From NCBI GenBank assembly GCA_050013255.1, contig JBEKFP010000002.1, forward strand, positions 96,001-160,000: 64,000 nucleotides of DNA. The letters run 5' to 3'. The notes beneath the pieces are model-generated. The model ran no database searches, was not told the DNA's origin, and saw only the letters and a program-made list of their open reading frames with translations. The position numbers and the translations under genes were made by a program. The first letter of the stretch is position 1. The number at the start of each line of letters is the position of its first letter. This document shows positions 10,975-21,181 of the stretch, one piece after another. The DNA comes from Candidatus Bathyarchaeia archaeon (lineage in GTDB: Archaea > Thermoproteota > Bathyarchaeia > 40CM-2-53-6).

Positions 10975-12114
10975 TTGGAACTCCTGCAGAGTAGGTTGAT
11001 GGACGTCCTTGTCTGCCCAGCTTGCCACTCCAAGCTACGGCTTCACATACTCTCCGAGCAACGCAAAGATGGAGTGCTTCGCTGTCCGAGGAAACATGCT
11101 TATCCGATAATCAATGGCCTGCCAAAGATACTCGTGGGCGGACTTGAAAGCGATTACGCACAGTTCTTATCCCGTTACCGAGAGGAGCTTGCTTCCGAAA
11201 ATATGGTATTCTATTCAGAGGCCAATGGTAGGGCCGAGAGTAGGCAAGATCAGGACACCTTTCGTGAGAAATGGACCTCTAAAGACACCATGGGCGTAAG
11301 CAGCTCGTCGCCTTACAAAGCATTCATGCGGAAGTGGATGTTGGAGAAATATGGGTGGAAAAACGAAGCTGGTTTTGCAGAGGGGCTAAGGGGTCGCCAA
11401 CTAATCCTGGACGCCGGAGCCGGTCTCGGGAGGGAAGTAATCAATTTGGCCACGGCCGCGCCGGAAGCGACAGTTGTGGGTCTCGAGTTCTCGGACTGCG
11501 CAGCAAATGCCCTGCGGAACGTATCCCCTCTTCAGAATGCTTGCATAGTGCAGGGCGATATTATGCGAATGCCATTCGCTGAAGATTCATTCGATTATAT
11601 TTTGAGCGAGGGTGTGCTACATCACACACCTAAAACCCAGGAAGCGTTCAAGAAATGCTGCGTTGTTCTAAAGAAAGGGGGCGAGATTGCGTTCTACATT
11701 TATCGAAAGAAGGGCCCAATAAGGGAATTTGCGGACGATTTCTTGAGAAAGGTCATTCAGGACATGTCCGTAGAAGAAAAGTGGAGGATGGCAGAGCGGA
11801 TTACCTCGCTGGGAAAGTCTCTGTCTGAGGCGCATGTGGCTGTGGAAATTTCCGAGGGCATTCCCGAACTTGGCATCAAAAAAGGGGAAATTGACGTTCA
11901 GAGATTCATCTATTACAGCTTCTTGAAGTGTTTCTGGAATCAGGAGTTACCGTTTGAGGAGAACGTGATAATCAATTTCGATTGGTATGTTCCCAGGCAT
12001 GCGCAGCGTCATACGGAAGAAGAGATACGGGGATGGTGCAAGGAGAACGCCATAAAGATAGTATGGTTTCACGAAGAAGAGTCCGGCTACAGCGTTCGGG
12101 GAATAAAGACTTAG
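10975..12114 (+). CDS. Trm112-like zinc domain fused to class I SAM methyltransferase
   Basis: LVCPAC...LRCP..YPIINGLP, ILDAGAGLG, GVLHHTP, NFDWYVP. Confidence 0.9.
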   Translation: MELLQSRLMDVLVCPACHSKLRLHILSEQRKDGVLRCPRKHAYPIINGLPKILVGGLESDYAQFLSRYREELASENMVFYSEANGRAESRQDQDTFREKWTSKDTMGVSSSSPYKAFMRKWMLEKYGWKNEAGFAEGLRGRQLILDAGAGLGREVINLATAAPEATVVGLEFSDCAANALRNVSPLQNACIVQGDIMRMPFAEDSFDYILSEGVLHHTPKTQEAFKKCCVVLKKGGEIAFYIYRKKGPIREFADDFLRKVIQDMSVEEKWRMAERITSLGKSLSEAHVAVEISEGIPELGIKKGEIDVQRFIYYSFLKCFWNQELPFEENVIINFDWYVPRHAQRHTEEEIRGWCKENAIKIVWFHEEESGYSVRGIKT

Positions 12115-12127
12115 TCAATTCGGAGGT

Positions 12128-12631
12128 TCACTGCTGGGCCAAAGGCCTACGCCGTGGTGTTCCGACGTATCCGCCTTGAATTAATGTTGTCATCATTTTC
12201 TCTAGGTTTTCGATTTGGCGTCTTTCCTCACTGGTTATGAGGTTCTCGCGGTCAGCAATTTTCTTTAGCAGGCTAAGCATTTCAAGATAAAGTGGGGCAA
12301 AGGCTTCGCGAAGGTATCCCGGCTGCAACTTGTAGGCGTAAGGATTGGCTTCGGCCATGATGTCCTGTTCGCTAGCCATAGCAGAAGTCCCCTTGATGTG
12401 TAACCAACCAATGATCGTCGAAAGGGGGACGCCCACCAGGGCAGCAATCACAATGAACCGCGTAAAACTACTGAAAATATCGTGCAGTTGAGGGACGCTT
12501 TTGACTAGAAGGTAGTAGACCACCGTAGCTGTGCTGACCAGTCCCAACAAGAATGTCAGATATGTCCCGTAACCAATTCTGAAGTAATACCAGGTCCTCG
12601 TTAGAAGAATGCCGTACTTGGAAGGGGCCAA
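12128..12631 (-). CDS. Hypothetical two-TM membrane protein
   Basis: 167-aa ORF with two hydrophobic segments (RTWYYFRIGYGTYLTF..., IIGWLH..., EANPY); GGAG upstream of the TTG start. Confidence 0.7.
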   Translation of the reverse strand: MAPSKYGILLTRTWYYFRIGYGTYLTFLLGLVSTATVVYYLLVKSVPQLHDIFSSFTRFIVIAALVGVPLSTIIGWLHIKGTSAMASEQDIMAEANPYAYKLQPGYLREAFAPLYLEMLSLLKKIADRENLITSEERRQIENLEKMMTTLIQGGYVGTPRRRPLAQQ

Positions 12632-12757
12632 CTATTGGTCTCCTAAAGTGCCCCGCAAAGTGTCATGTTACTTAAACATGGTCTCAATGGAAGCTTGTCA
12701 TGAGCGACATAGAAACGTAACCTTCTGGGCAAACTAGAGTGGTTTCGACGCCTTTCC

Positions 12758-13833
12758 CTACAAGAAGGTGCAGTCTTTGCACTTGTCGGGAGGATCTTCC
12801 GAAAGTAGTTTTTCTCTGAACGTCCGGAACTTTTCGCCATTCCATATTTCGCTGAAGCCGTCTTTACTCAAATTGCCGAATGAGACAAAGTGGATTGCGC
12901 AGCAGGGACGGACTTCACCTCTCTCATCCGTGACCAGCATTGTCCAAGGCTGCTTGCATCTGGTTCTAACTTTGGGTTGTGTCAAGGGCGGCAAACCTAT
13001 CTCTAACCCGAATTCCTTAGCCATCCCCTCAGCTTGTTCGAACAGTTTTCTCATCTCATCCTTCTCAGCATCGGATGCGCAACGCAGAGACTCCGAGCGG
13101 GTCGAAATGCCAACGTCGAAGGCATATTGCATATCCGAGAAACTTATGGCGTCTACTCCAGCAGCCCCGCACAACTTCACCATGTCCCCGACTTGCCGGT
13201 AATTACGCATCATGAGTATCGAGTTGACGACTATCCGAAGGTTCGACCCTGCGCGTTTCTTGGCATCTATCAAGTTCTTCATAGCGGTCGTTACCTTCTC
13301 TAGCGTCGTACCCACCCTTATCGCTTTGAAAGTTTCAGGATCAGCGCTGTCGATAGAGATGTGTACAACGTCGAGGCCAGATTTGAGGACGTTTTCAATG
13401 TTTTTCTCATTTAACAACGTTGCATTTGTTGTGACGACGGTTCGTATCTTTCGTTTCTTAGCATACTCTATCATCCTGAAGAGATCCTTATGCATCAGCG
13501 GTTCGCCAAGCCCTGTAAGTTCAACCTCTTTGATGAAGGGCATTTTGTTCAGTATTTTAGTAAATTCCTCGAATGACATTGCCTGATCTTTGAACTGCGG
13601 ATCGTTTCTCGGGCACATCGTGCACTTGAGGTTGCAATAACCTTCCACCGAAATCTGGGCATTAATCGGCCCATAGGGGACTTCGTAGGGGAGCTCTGTT
13701 CCATTGACTATCTTAGAAACTCTGAAGACGACGCGATTGTAGAGTTGGTGAATATTCGAGTTCCTTATTATATGATATCGCAGGCGAAGTGTCGATAACA
13801 GGCCGCGCCCTGATGTTTTCGTCTGTCAGTCAA
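12758..13833 (-). CDS. Radical SAM protein with SPASM/twitch domain; true start upstream of the ORF-track start (frameshift or non-canonical start)
   Basis: CNLKCTMC, GLGEPL, TTNATLL, SIDS; C-terminal CKQPW..RPCC..CKDC. Frame is open upstream to 13825 without a canonical start; TTG at 13833 is one base out of frame. Confidence 0.85.
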
Positions 13834-14121
13834 CCTCAGTGGGCGATACTTGAGGCGTTGTGCTTATACCTTCTATCCGTTTCAATTTCCCATGGCTTCG
13901 GCAGACGTTCGTTTTCATTACGTATGGCATATTTAAGCCTTGACTCAAGTTATCCGCATTTTTCTGAGACTCGCGAGAAATCTAATCGCGCCCCCAAGAA
14001 AATTAGGCCAGCGTTGACCATAAGTCAAGTCGGACTCTTCTGTTGAGTTCTTTGGGAGGCGAATCGGGTTGTTTGATTCCCAAAAGCTTTCATGCGCCAT
14101 TCTAGGAGAAGGTCCAAAATC

Positions 14122-15111
14122 ATGCGATCAAATCAAGTTTCCCTTCTCGCTTGTCCGATTTGTAAAGCTAATCTCGATTTGCAGGTCTCGGACAGACGAG
14201 ATGAGAGAATCAGGGAGGGCACTCTTCGATGTGCACGGTGTGCCGCGCATTTTCCCATCTTGAATTATGTTCCACGTTTTGTACCCGAGAAGACATACGC
14301 AGATTCCTTTGGACTGCAGTGGACTAAGCACGCTAGAACACAGTACGATAGCTATACAGGTCTACCGATATCGGAGGAGCGATTTTTCAAGGAAACCAAA
14401 TGGCCGAGGAAAATGTCTGACCAAGCAATATTAGAGGTGGGTTGTGGTTCTGGGAGGTTCACGGTGCACGCTGCCGCGACGGATGCCACTGTGGTATCCC
14501 TCGATTATAGTGCGGCCGTTGACGCCAACTACATGATTAATGGCGAGAGAGACAACCTGCTGATCGTTCAAGCGGATGTCTATTCGATGCCTTTCAAAGG
14601 AGGGTCCTTTGATAGGGTCTTTTCCTTCGGCATGTTGCAGCATACCCCTGATGTCAAGAAAGCGTTCCATTCTTTGTTAGGCCCATTGAAACCGAAAGGG
14701 AAAATCGCAATTGATGTTTACGCAAAGGGGAAGAGTCTTAGAGGAAAATTGGCCACAAAACATTTTGTAAGGCCTGTTACCAAACGCCTTCCGAATAGCC
14801 CTCTCTACTCGCTTTGTAGCCGCTATGTTCGATTGATGTGGCCCATGGCGAAGGTTATTCACCGTATACCGCGAATTGGCCCAGGAATAAATTGGCGATT
14901 GCTCATACCGGACTATATGTCATCATACCATCTTCCGGAACGGATACTTCGAGAATGGGCTATGCTCGACTGTTTCGATATGTTGTCGCCAGCATTTGAT
15001 AATCCGCAAACGATTGAAACAGTTGCCTCATGGTTCTCTGAGGCCAACTGCAAAGACGTAGAGATAGAATACGGCTACAATGGAATCGAGGCTCGCGCAA
15101 CTAAACCGTAG
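14122..15111 (+). CDS. Trm112-like zinc domain fused to class I SAM methyltransferase
   Basis: LACPIC...LRCARC..FPILNYVPRF, SFGLQW, LEVGCGSGRF, GMLQHTP, FDMLSP. Confidence 0.9.
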   Translation: MRSNQVSLLACPICKANLDLQVSDRRDERIREGTLRCARCAAHFPILNYVPRFVPEKTYADSFGLQWTKHARTQYDSYTGLPISEERFFKETKWPRKMSDQAILEVGCGSGRFTVHAAATDATVVSLDYSAAVDANYMINGERDNLLIVQADVYSMPFKGGSFDRVFSFGMLQHTPDVKKAFHSLLGPLKPKGKIAIDVYAKGKSLRGKLATKHFVRPVTKRLPNSPLYSLCSRYVRLMWPMAKVIHRIPRIGPGINWRLLIPDYMSSYHLPERILREWAMLDCFDMLSPAFDNPQTIETVASWFSEANCKDVEIEYGYNGIEARATKP

Positions 15112-15139
15112 GTCTAGATTGAAGGAATCCCGCCCGTGT

Positions 15140-17059
15140 TCACTGCGCCAGCAGGGCGGTCATTTGAAGCTTGGGCTCAGGTGACCTGTCCAACATATAC
15201 ATCCTGTACCATATCTCTAAGGCCAACAGGTCCCAGATGACGATGTAATGCTTGACCAGATTCATCGAGGCCTTATGGCGCAACACTTCTTCAACGTAAT
15301 CCTTTCTAACGTAGCCTTTTTTCACAGCATAGCCTTCTGGGAGCAATTGGTTTGCGTATTCGGCTATGTTTTTTGAGAACTGCACGCCAACTGTGCCCCC
15401 GAAACCCTGTTTTTCTTTTTTCAGAACCCGGTCTGGCAAAATGCCTTCCATGGCCTTCCGGAATATGTACTTACCACGTCCATCTTTGTATTTCAGCCTC
15501 GCAGGAATCTTGCCTGCGAGATCAATGAGTTCGTTGTCGAGGAGCGGAACGCGGGCTTCGATGGAGTTCGCCATAGACATGGTGTCTTCTACGTGAAGAA
15601 AGTCGTCGGGCATTTTCACGCTGAAGTCTGCGAGAATTATCTGGTCAACGAACGATAGTTTGTTTCGGAAGTAATCTCCAAAGACATTCCCTACCCTGGG
15701 CAGTTTTCGGGATAACAGGCGCTTACCATAGATCTTTTTCAACCATTCCTCGTCAAACACCTCGTCAAGGCTTGCGACTTGCAGATAGAGGTCTCGATTG
15801 CTCCCGATGTAGGCTACTCGCTTAAGTTCGTGGATATGGTCTATTTCAAAAATGGATCCATACCGCGAAACGTACCGCGCCAGAGATGCCACGCTCCGAC
15901 CCGCGGATGTGGCCACTTTCTTGGGTATCGCCCTTCTCTCACGTTCAACGTCTTCCGCGAATTGATATTTCCATTCGTAACCGCCAAACAGTTCGTCGCC
16001 GCCTAGCCCTCCAAGTAACACTTTCACATGCTTGCTGGCCTCTCGCATAATCCAGTACGGGTAGAGATTTCTTTTTGGCATGTCAGCGTGCCAGATCATC
16101 TTGGGATAATCTTTCAGAATGTCCTGCTCCGCGACAAGCGTTTGGTGCTCAGCGCCAAATTCCTCAGCAACGGCAACAGCGTCGCGGATTTCATCGGTGG
16201 CTTCACCGAAACCCATAGTGAACGCTTTCAATGGACGATCTGACACTCTAGCCGCAAATGCTAATATCGCGCTGCTGTCGATCCCGCCCGACAGAAGAAT
16301 TCCTAAGGGCACGTCACTGATCAAATGCCGTTTCACGGCGTTCGAAAGTGTCTCCCTTATTTTCTCAACAAAATAGTCCTCAGTGTGATGTTCAGCAGCC
16401 GGCTTCAGATTCCAGTATTTCTTGACCTGGAATCTCTTGCCATCGAATTTCGCGTAGGTCCCGGGGGGCAAACGGGATATTCGTTTGAATAGGGTTTTTT
16501 CTCGCGGAATGTATCGCAGGTTCAGATAGTAGTGTAGGCCTTCACGGTCAACTCTCCTCGGTACATCCTGGCACTGCAGTATTGCTTTGATCTCTGAGGC
16601 GAAGATTAGGCGGCCATCACTAAGCCGGGTGTAATACAATGGCTTAATGCCGGATCTGTCCCTCGCCAGAAGTAAGCTATGCTTTTTCGTGTCCCATAGG
16701 GCAAAGGCGAACATGCCATTGAATTCGGTGCAGCAATCTTCCCCGCGTTCTTCGTACATGTGAACTATGACTTCGGTGTCTGAATTCGTGTTAAACCGGT
16801 GACCTAGTGCTTCGAGTTTCTGTCTAAGTTCTCGGTAGTTGTAGATCTCCCCGTTGTACACCACGACTATCGATTTGTCTTCGTTGTAGATTGGTTGTGC
16901 TCCCCCTGGAAGGTCGATGATGCTGAGACGGGTATTTCCAAGTGAGATGCGATCGTCTTCAAAGTACCCCTCTCCGTCTGGACCTCGGTGCCTCAACACC
17001 AGGCACATTTTGCGCAGTAGTGCCGAGTCTGCAAAGTTGAAGCCACATATCCCGCACAT
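15140..17059 (-). CDS. asnB: Asparagine synthase (glutamine-hydrolysing)-family amidotransferase
   Basis: MCGICG N-terminus, HRGPD, RLSIID, NGEIYN, LSGGIDSS, GGDELFGGY, EARVPLLD, KQGF. Confidence 0.95.
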   Translation of the reverse strand: MCGICGFNFADSALLRKMCLVLRHRGPDGEGYFEDDRISLGNTRLSIIDLPGGAQPIYNEDKSIVVVYNGEIYNYRELRQKLEALGHRFNTNSDTEVIVHMYEERGEDCCTEFNGMFAFALWDTKKHSLLLARDRSGIKPLYYTRLSDGRLIFASEIKAILQCQDVPRRVDREGLHYYLNLRYIPREKTLFKRISRLPPGTYAKFDGKRFQVKKYWNLKPAAEHHTEDYFVEKIRETLSNAVKRHLISDVPLGILLSGGIDSSAILAFAARVSDRPLKAFTMGFGEATDEIRDAVAVAEEFGAEHQTLVAEQDILKDYPKMIWHADMPKRNLYPYWIMREASKHVKVLLGGLGGDELFGGYEWKYQFAEDVERERRAIPKKVATSAGRSVASLARYVSRYGSIFEIDHIHELKRVAYIGSNRDLYLQVASLDEVFDEEWLKKIYGKRLLSRKLPRVGNVFGDYFRNKLSFVDQIILADFSVKMPDDFLHVEDTMSMANSIEARVPLLDNELIDLAGKIPARLKYKDGRGKYIFRKAMEGILPDRVLKKEKQGFGGTVGVQFSKNIAEYANQLLPEGYAVKKGYVRKDYVEEVLRHKASMNLVKHYIVIWDLLALEIWYRMYMLDRSPEPKLQMTALLAQ

Positions 17060-17125
17060 TTTGTTGACCTCGTATGAAATATCCTATAGGCTAACGGGGC
17101 AGAATCACCTTACGTTTGGCAATTA

Positions 17126-18466
17126 TCAACCTTGTAATCGCAAGAGTTCTTCGTAAGCCCGCACCTTAATTTCGTTGGTTTTCTCCATTGAATGTCTTTC
17201 AAAGGCAAGTCGCCTCGCGTTTTCTCCCAGCACTTTCGACCGTTCAGGGTTGTCTATTATTTGGCATATGGCTTCAGCGACAGCTTCTACGTTCTTTTCC
17301 GGAACCAAGTAACCGGTCTCGCCGTTCTTAACTAATTCGTAGTGCCAATCCACATCATAGGCAATGACCGGTCGACCTGCGGCGCAGGCTTCTATGAGGC
17401 TAAAGCCAGCCATCAAACAGAGGTTGACATCAGCCATCATTCGTATACTTGGAATCATCTGTTGTGGTTGGAAGCCCACAAACCGTACCGAATCGGTCAG
17501 ATTGAGTTCACGGCATTTGGCTTCTAGGTTCGATCTTTCTGACCCTATTCCAACCATGAAGAATATTGTGTCATTACGTTTCTGGTTGATTAGACGCGCG
17601 ACCTCAATAACATCATATGGGTAGTTGTACTTGGTCAGTCTTCCTACGGAACAAACGACTTTCTTGTCGTCCAGCTGAAAGAGTTTCCTGCATTCAGTTC
17701 CGTCATCTGATTTGTATGGAGTCAGGTCTATTCCGTGGGGGATTATTCTAATTCTGTCGGGGCGAGCTCCGCTTCCTATTGCGTACTTCGCTATGCTCTC
17801 GCGTATTGGCAGAACCATTGGTGCGTGCGACAGGACGAATCTTTCGAGTTTCTTTGCAATCGCGCGCGACCCCAAGATGACCTGGGATTCTGACCTACCG
17901 GTTGTCGCGTATGCTAGGTCATAGTCGGCGTGTAGTGAGACGCAGAACGGAGTGCGAGTGATGTTTGATACCGCCCACATTACGAGCCCGCAATAGTAAG
18001 GGTCCCGTGCATGGAGTATTGCTACACGATTTCGTAAAGTCAAGGCCGATATTTCCAGAACTAGCTTGGCAAGGTAAGTGAGTTTCATCACGTTGGCTGG
18101 GATCTTGCGTTCATAGACAGTGAAGTCCTCTCGGAGCTCAAGTCGGCAGTTGTTTGGGCCCATGAGGAAACGATAACAATGTTCGAAGTAGTTGGATGGA
18201 TTATCACGGAAGTAGACGTTTAGCGTTCCATACTTCCGGTGAATGCTCGTCAAGTCTGCTCCAGGGACAAGCAATGCGATGCGCTTTCGCCTTGTACGGT
18301 TCATAATGCGGAAGATAACGGCCTCCACCAGAATGAGGATTGTCAAGGGAACTGCAACAAAAATGTCCAATATGGAAAGTAGTCCTCGAACAATTATCCT
18401 GATCAACTTCAAGAAGTGTTTACGCACAGTAAACGCACCCGCGGGAGACAGTGACATTTCGCACAA
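17126..18466 (-). CDS. GT4 glycosyltransferase with N-terminal TM segment
   Basis: VGRL, SLIEACAAGRPVI, ELVKNGETG; hydrophobic N-terminal helix. Confidence 0.9.
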   Translation of the reverse strand: MCEMSLSPAGAFTVRKHFLKLIRIIVRGLLSILDIFVAVPLTILILVEAVIFRIMNRTRRKRIALLVPGADLTSIHRKYGTLNVYFRDNPSNYFEHCYRFLMGPNNCRLELREDFTVYERKIPANVMKLTYLAKLVLEISALTLRNRVAILHARDPYYCGLVMWAVSNITRTPFCVSLHADYDLAYATTGRSESQVILGSRAIAKKLERFVLSHAPMVLPIRESIAKYAIGSGARPDRIRIIPHGIDLTPYKSDDGTECRKLFQLDDKKVVCSVGRLTKYNYPYDVIEVARLINQKRNDTIFFMVGIGSERSNLEAKCRELNLTDSVRFVGFQPQQMIPSIRMMADVNLCLMAGFSLIEACAAGRPVIAYDVDWHYELVKNGETGYLVPEKNVEAVAEAICQIIDNPERSKVLGENARRLAFERHSMEKTNEIKVRAYEELLRLQG

Positions 18467-18886
18467 CTGTCTTGGCGGAGGTTAAGAAGTTTAGGCTAAG
18501 CTGCGGCTCGTATTGTTATATTGCTTGAGGGATTTTTCATGGTTCACGTATATGAAGGAGTCAGTTCGACCTGGTAAACACTCCAATGGAAGCAGTGATG
18601 TTCTATCTGCCCTGAGCGTCCACTTAGGCGGCAAATCAACTACCCTACTGTTGAGTGAGGTAATACAGTCTTCTAGGTTCTGGCCGTTGACTCACTCCTT
18701 TGCCGAATCAAAGTTATGCATTGTGTCTTCGGCATTTGCAGACCAAGCACTATAACACTAATGAACGCTGATGCGAACTCGGCGGCGCTAGCTGAGGATT
18801 AGTCAATCTCTTTATAATACAAAATGATTTACGCATGATCCTGATTTCATTCATTCGACTTTTCGCTCCAACTGATGTGAGACGAT

Positions 18887-20164
18887 ATGCTTAATGAACT
18901 ACCTCAGAAGATTCGTGATGGTAAAGCGGTCATCTGTGTTATCGGCCTAGGCCGGGTCGGGTTGCCCTTGGCCATTGTGTTGGCGCGTTCTGGGCTTAAG
19001 GTCTTGGGCGTTGATGTGAACGACAAACGTGTTAGAGCGATCAACAATGGCGAAATGCCGTTTCACTACCCAAACTTTGACAATTGGTTGAGAGAAACGG
19101 TGAGCGCTGGAAGGTTCGTCGCTTCTGAATCTAAGGACCTAGTATACTCGCAATCGGATGTGATTGTTGTTACGGTTGGGACGCCAACTGGCTCTCAATA
19201 TCAATTTGATTACTCGCAGCTTCATTCCGCATTGCGCGAAGTAGCCAAGGTCAACATTAAGGGGAAAGCAATCATCATGAGGTCAACGTCTGTTCCTGGT
19301 ACATTGAAAAGAATTGTACTACCGTTGCTTTCAAGAGAATCGGGTCTAAAGCTTGGCGATTTCGCTCTCGCTACATGTCCAGAGAGGATCCTCGAGGGTA
19401 AAGCGATTCCAGAACTTTATGAGCTCCCGGAAATTGTGGGTGCTGCGGACGACCTCAGCGGAGCCATTGCTTCCGAATTGCTTCGCAAGATTAACCCTGA
19501 GAAAAAGATTTCAGTTACGACTCCAACGGGAGCTGAGTTGGCGAAGCTTTTCACGAACATCTATCGGTACGTGAACTTTGCGCTGGCGAATGAGTTTGCG
19601 GTGAGGGCAGAGAGATACGGCGAGGACGCGCATGAGGTAATCCGGATCGCAAATAATGGATATTCAAGATCCCATATTCCGATTCCAGGGTTTGCTGGGG
19701 GACCATGTCTGAGCAAAGACGGTCTTCTCCTCGACAACAACACGACCTTCAGCAGCATGATCTCAGCGGCTTGGAAGCTGAACGAAGCCGTGCCACAGCA
19801 CGTGGCCGAATCAATCCTCGATGAGCTGGGGTCCCTCTACGGCGTGAAGGTCGGCCTTCTTGGTCTAGCATTTAAGTCCGAGAGCGATGACTTGAGGTTA
19901 TCCCCATCAGTGAAGCTCGGAGAGATTCTCACTGCCTACGGAGCAAAAGTGCAAATTCATGATCCATTCGTCAAAGAAACGCTCTCCTTGAAGGACGCGC
20001 TGCGAGATGTTGAGGTCGTGATTTTGGCCACAAACCATCGTAGTTTTCAAGAAATAGCTTCTCTCATAGACAACTCGGGCTGCAGAATGGTGTACGACGT
20101 ATGGGGGATGTTCGAACCAAAACAATTTTTGAAAGCCAAGTATAGGCGGTTTGGAAGAGCATGA
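18887..20164 (+). CDS. Nucleotide-sugar 6-dehydrogenase (UDP-ManNAc/GlcNAc dehydrogenase family)
   Basis: GLGRVGLP, VGTP, CPERILEG, GGPCLSKD, GLAFK..DDLRLSP. Confidence 0.93.
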   Translation: MLNELPQKIRDGKAVICVIGLGRVGLPLAIVLARSGLKVLGVDVNDKRVRAINNGEMPFHYPNFDNWLRETVSAGRFVASESKDLVYSQSDVIVVTVGTPTGSQYQFDYSQLHSALREVAKVNIKGKAIIMRSTSVPGTLKRIVLPLLSRESGLKLGDFALATCPERILEGKAIPELYELPEIVGAADDLSGAIASELLRKINPEKKISVTTPTGAELAKLFTNIYRYVNFALANEFAVRAERYGEDAHEVIRIANNGYSRSHIPIPGFAGGPCLSKDGLLLDNNTTFSSMISAAWKLNEAVPQHVAESILDELGSLYGVKVGLLGLAFKSESDDLRLSPSVKLGEILTAYGAKVQIHDPFVKETLSLKDALRDVEVVILATNHRSFQEIASLIDNSGCRMVYDVWGMFEPKQFLKAKYRRFGRA

Positions 20165-20260
20165 CCTTATGCTCCCCGAAGATGAAGGCGTAAAGAATCC
20201 AGAAGTTGCAAGAAAACCTGTGGATTACTCAGGTACCTGTTTCCCCGTGGCAGCTGGTAA

Positions 20261-21082
20261 TTGAGTGTTTCAACCATGAGTCGCAAAAAGCTAACGGGGG
20301 CTTTCCTGGTGGTCATAAGGTCGACATTACGACTCAACTACCGAATGGTCCGAGCAGTCCTGAGGCCCCTCGGAAGAAGAAGAGCACTGATCCTCGAAAG
20401 GATATGGAGCAACCCAAGCGAATTACCGGATGTCCTTCCGGTCCCAGATTTGATACGGTATCAAATGCGATTCCATCATTGGATGAGCAATATTTACAAA
20501 TTCAACAAATGGGAACCTAAAGTGACGAATGCGCTTCAAGGCCTTCATGGATCATTATTCGTGGATGTTGGCGCCAATCTTGGGTTCTACGTCAACTATC
20601 TGCAGAGTAATTTTTCCAGAACAGTGGCTATTGAGCCACACCCTATCCTGTGTGAATACCTTAGAAAGCATCATCCACCGAACTGTCAAGTGGTGGAAAA
20701 GGCAATCTCAAAGAGCAATGGAACGGCTGAATTTCATATTGCAGAAGGTGATGAAAATTTCGGATTATCAAGCATGCTGCCAGTACGGTCGAATCTGCGG
20801 CGAAATAGTGCTAGAGAGAAGAGGAGAATAATCGTCCAAACTGAGACCTTAAGCAAGATTCTGGACGGGAGGACAGCCGACTTGGTGAAGGTTGATGTTG
20901 AAGGGGCAGAATGGGAGGTCTTGGAGGGGGCGGAGCCCGTAATGCAACACGTGATATCGTGGATTATAGAATTGCACAACCCGGAAAAGAAGGCAGCCCT
21001 CGGCAACTACATGAAATCCTTCGGATACACTTGCAAATGGTTGGACGAAACCCACGCCTATTTTACGAGACCGCACCGGTAG
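20261..21082 (+). CDS. FkbM-family methyltransferase
   Basis: VDVGANLG, AIEPHP, KVDVEGAEWEVLEGA, IIELH. Confidence 0.9.
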   Translation: MSVSTMSRKKLTGAFLVVIRSTLRLNYRMVRAVLRPLGRRRALILERIWSNPSELPDVLPVPDLIRYQMRFHHWMSNIYKFNKWEPKVTNALQGLHGSLFVDVGANLGFYVNYLQSNFSRTVAIEPHPILCEYLRKHHPPNCQVVEKAISKSNGTAEFHIAEGDENFGLSSMLPVRSNLRRNSAREKRRIIVQTETLSKILDGRTADLVKVDVEGAEWEVLEGAEPVMQHVISWIIELHNPEKKAALGNYMKSFGYTCKWLDETHAYFTRPHR

Positions 21083-21139
21083 AGGTTAAGCTCTACAGAG
21101 AGCGGGAGCAAGAAGCCTTGCGCAGTAACTTGCATGATT

Positions 21140-21165
21140 TCCCTGTAATATGCGTGCGTTTCATT
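21140..21165 (-). pseudogene. Possible inverted remnant of an FkbM paralog C-terminus
   Basis: Minus strand reads NETHAYYR versus DETHAYFTR at the end of the adjacent FkbM gene; 17/24 nt identical, several mismatches synonymous. Very short. Confidence 0.3.
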
Positions 21166-21181
21166 TGGAGGAGATAACGGC

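Noticed and set aside
18739-18777. Minus-strand FASAFISVIVLGL resembling FASAFVMPIILGL of the GT-C at 23576-24769
   Set aside because: Short, hydrophobic, low-complexity match; cannot be distinguished from chance by eye.
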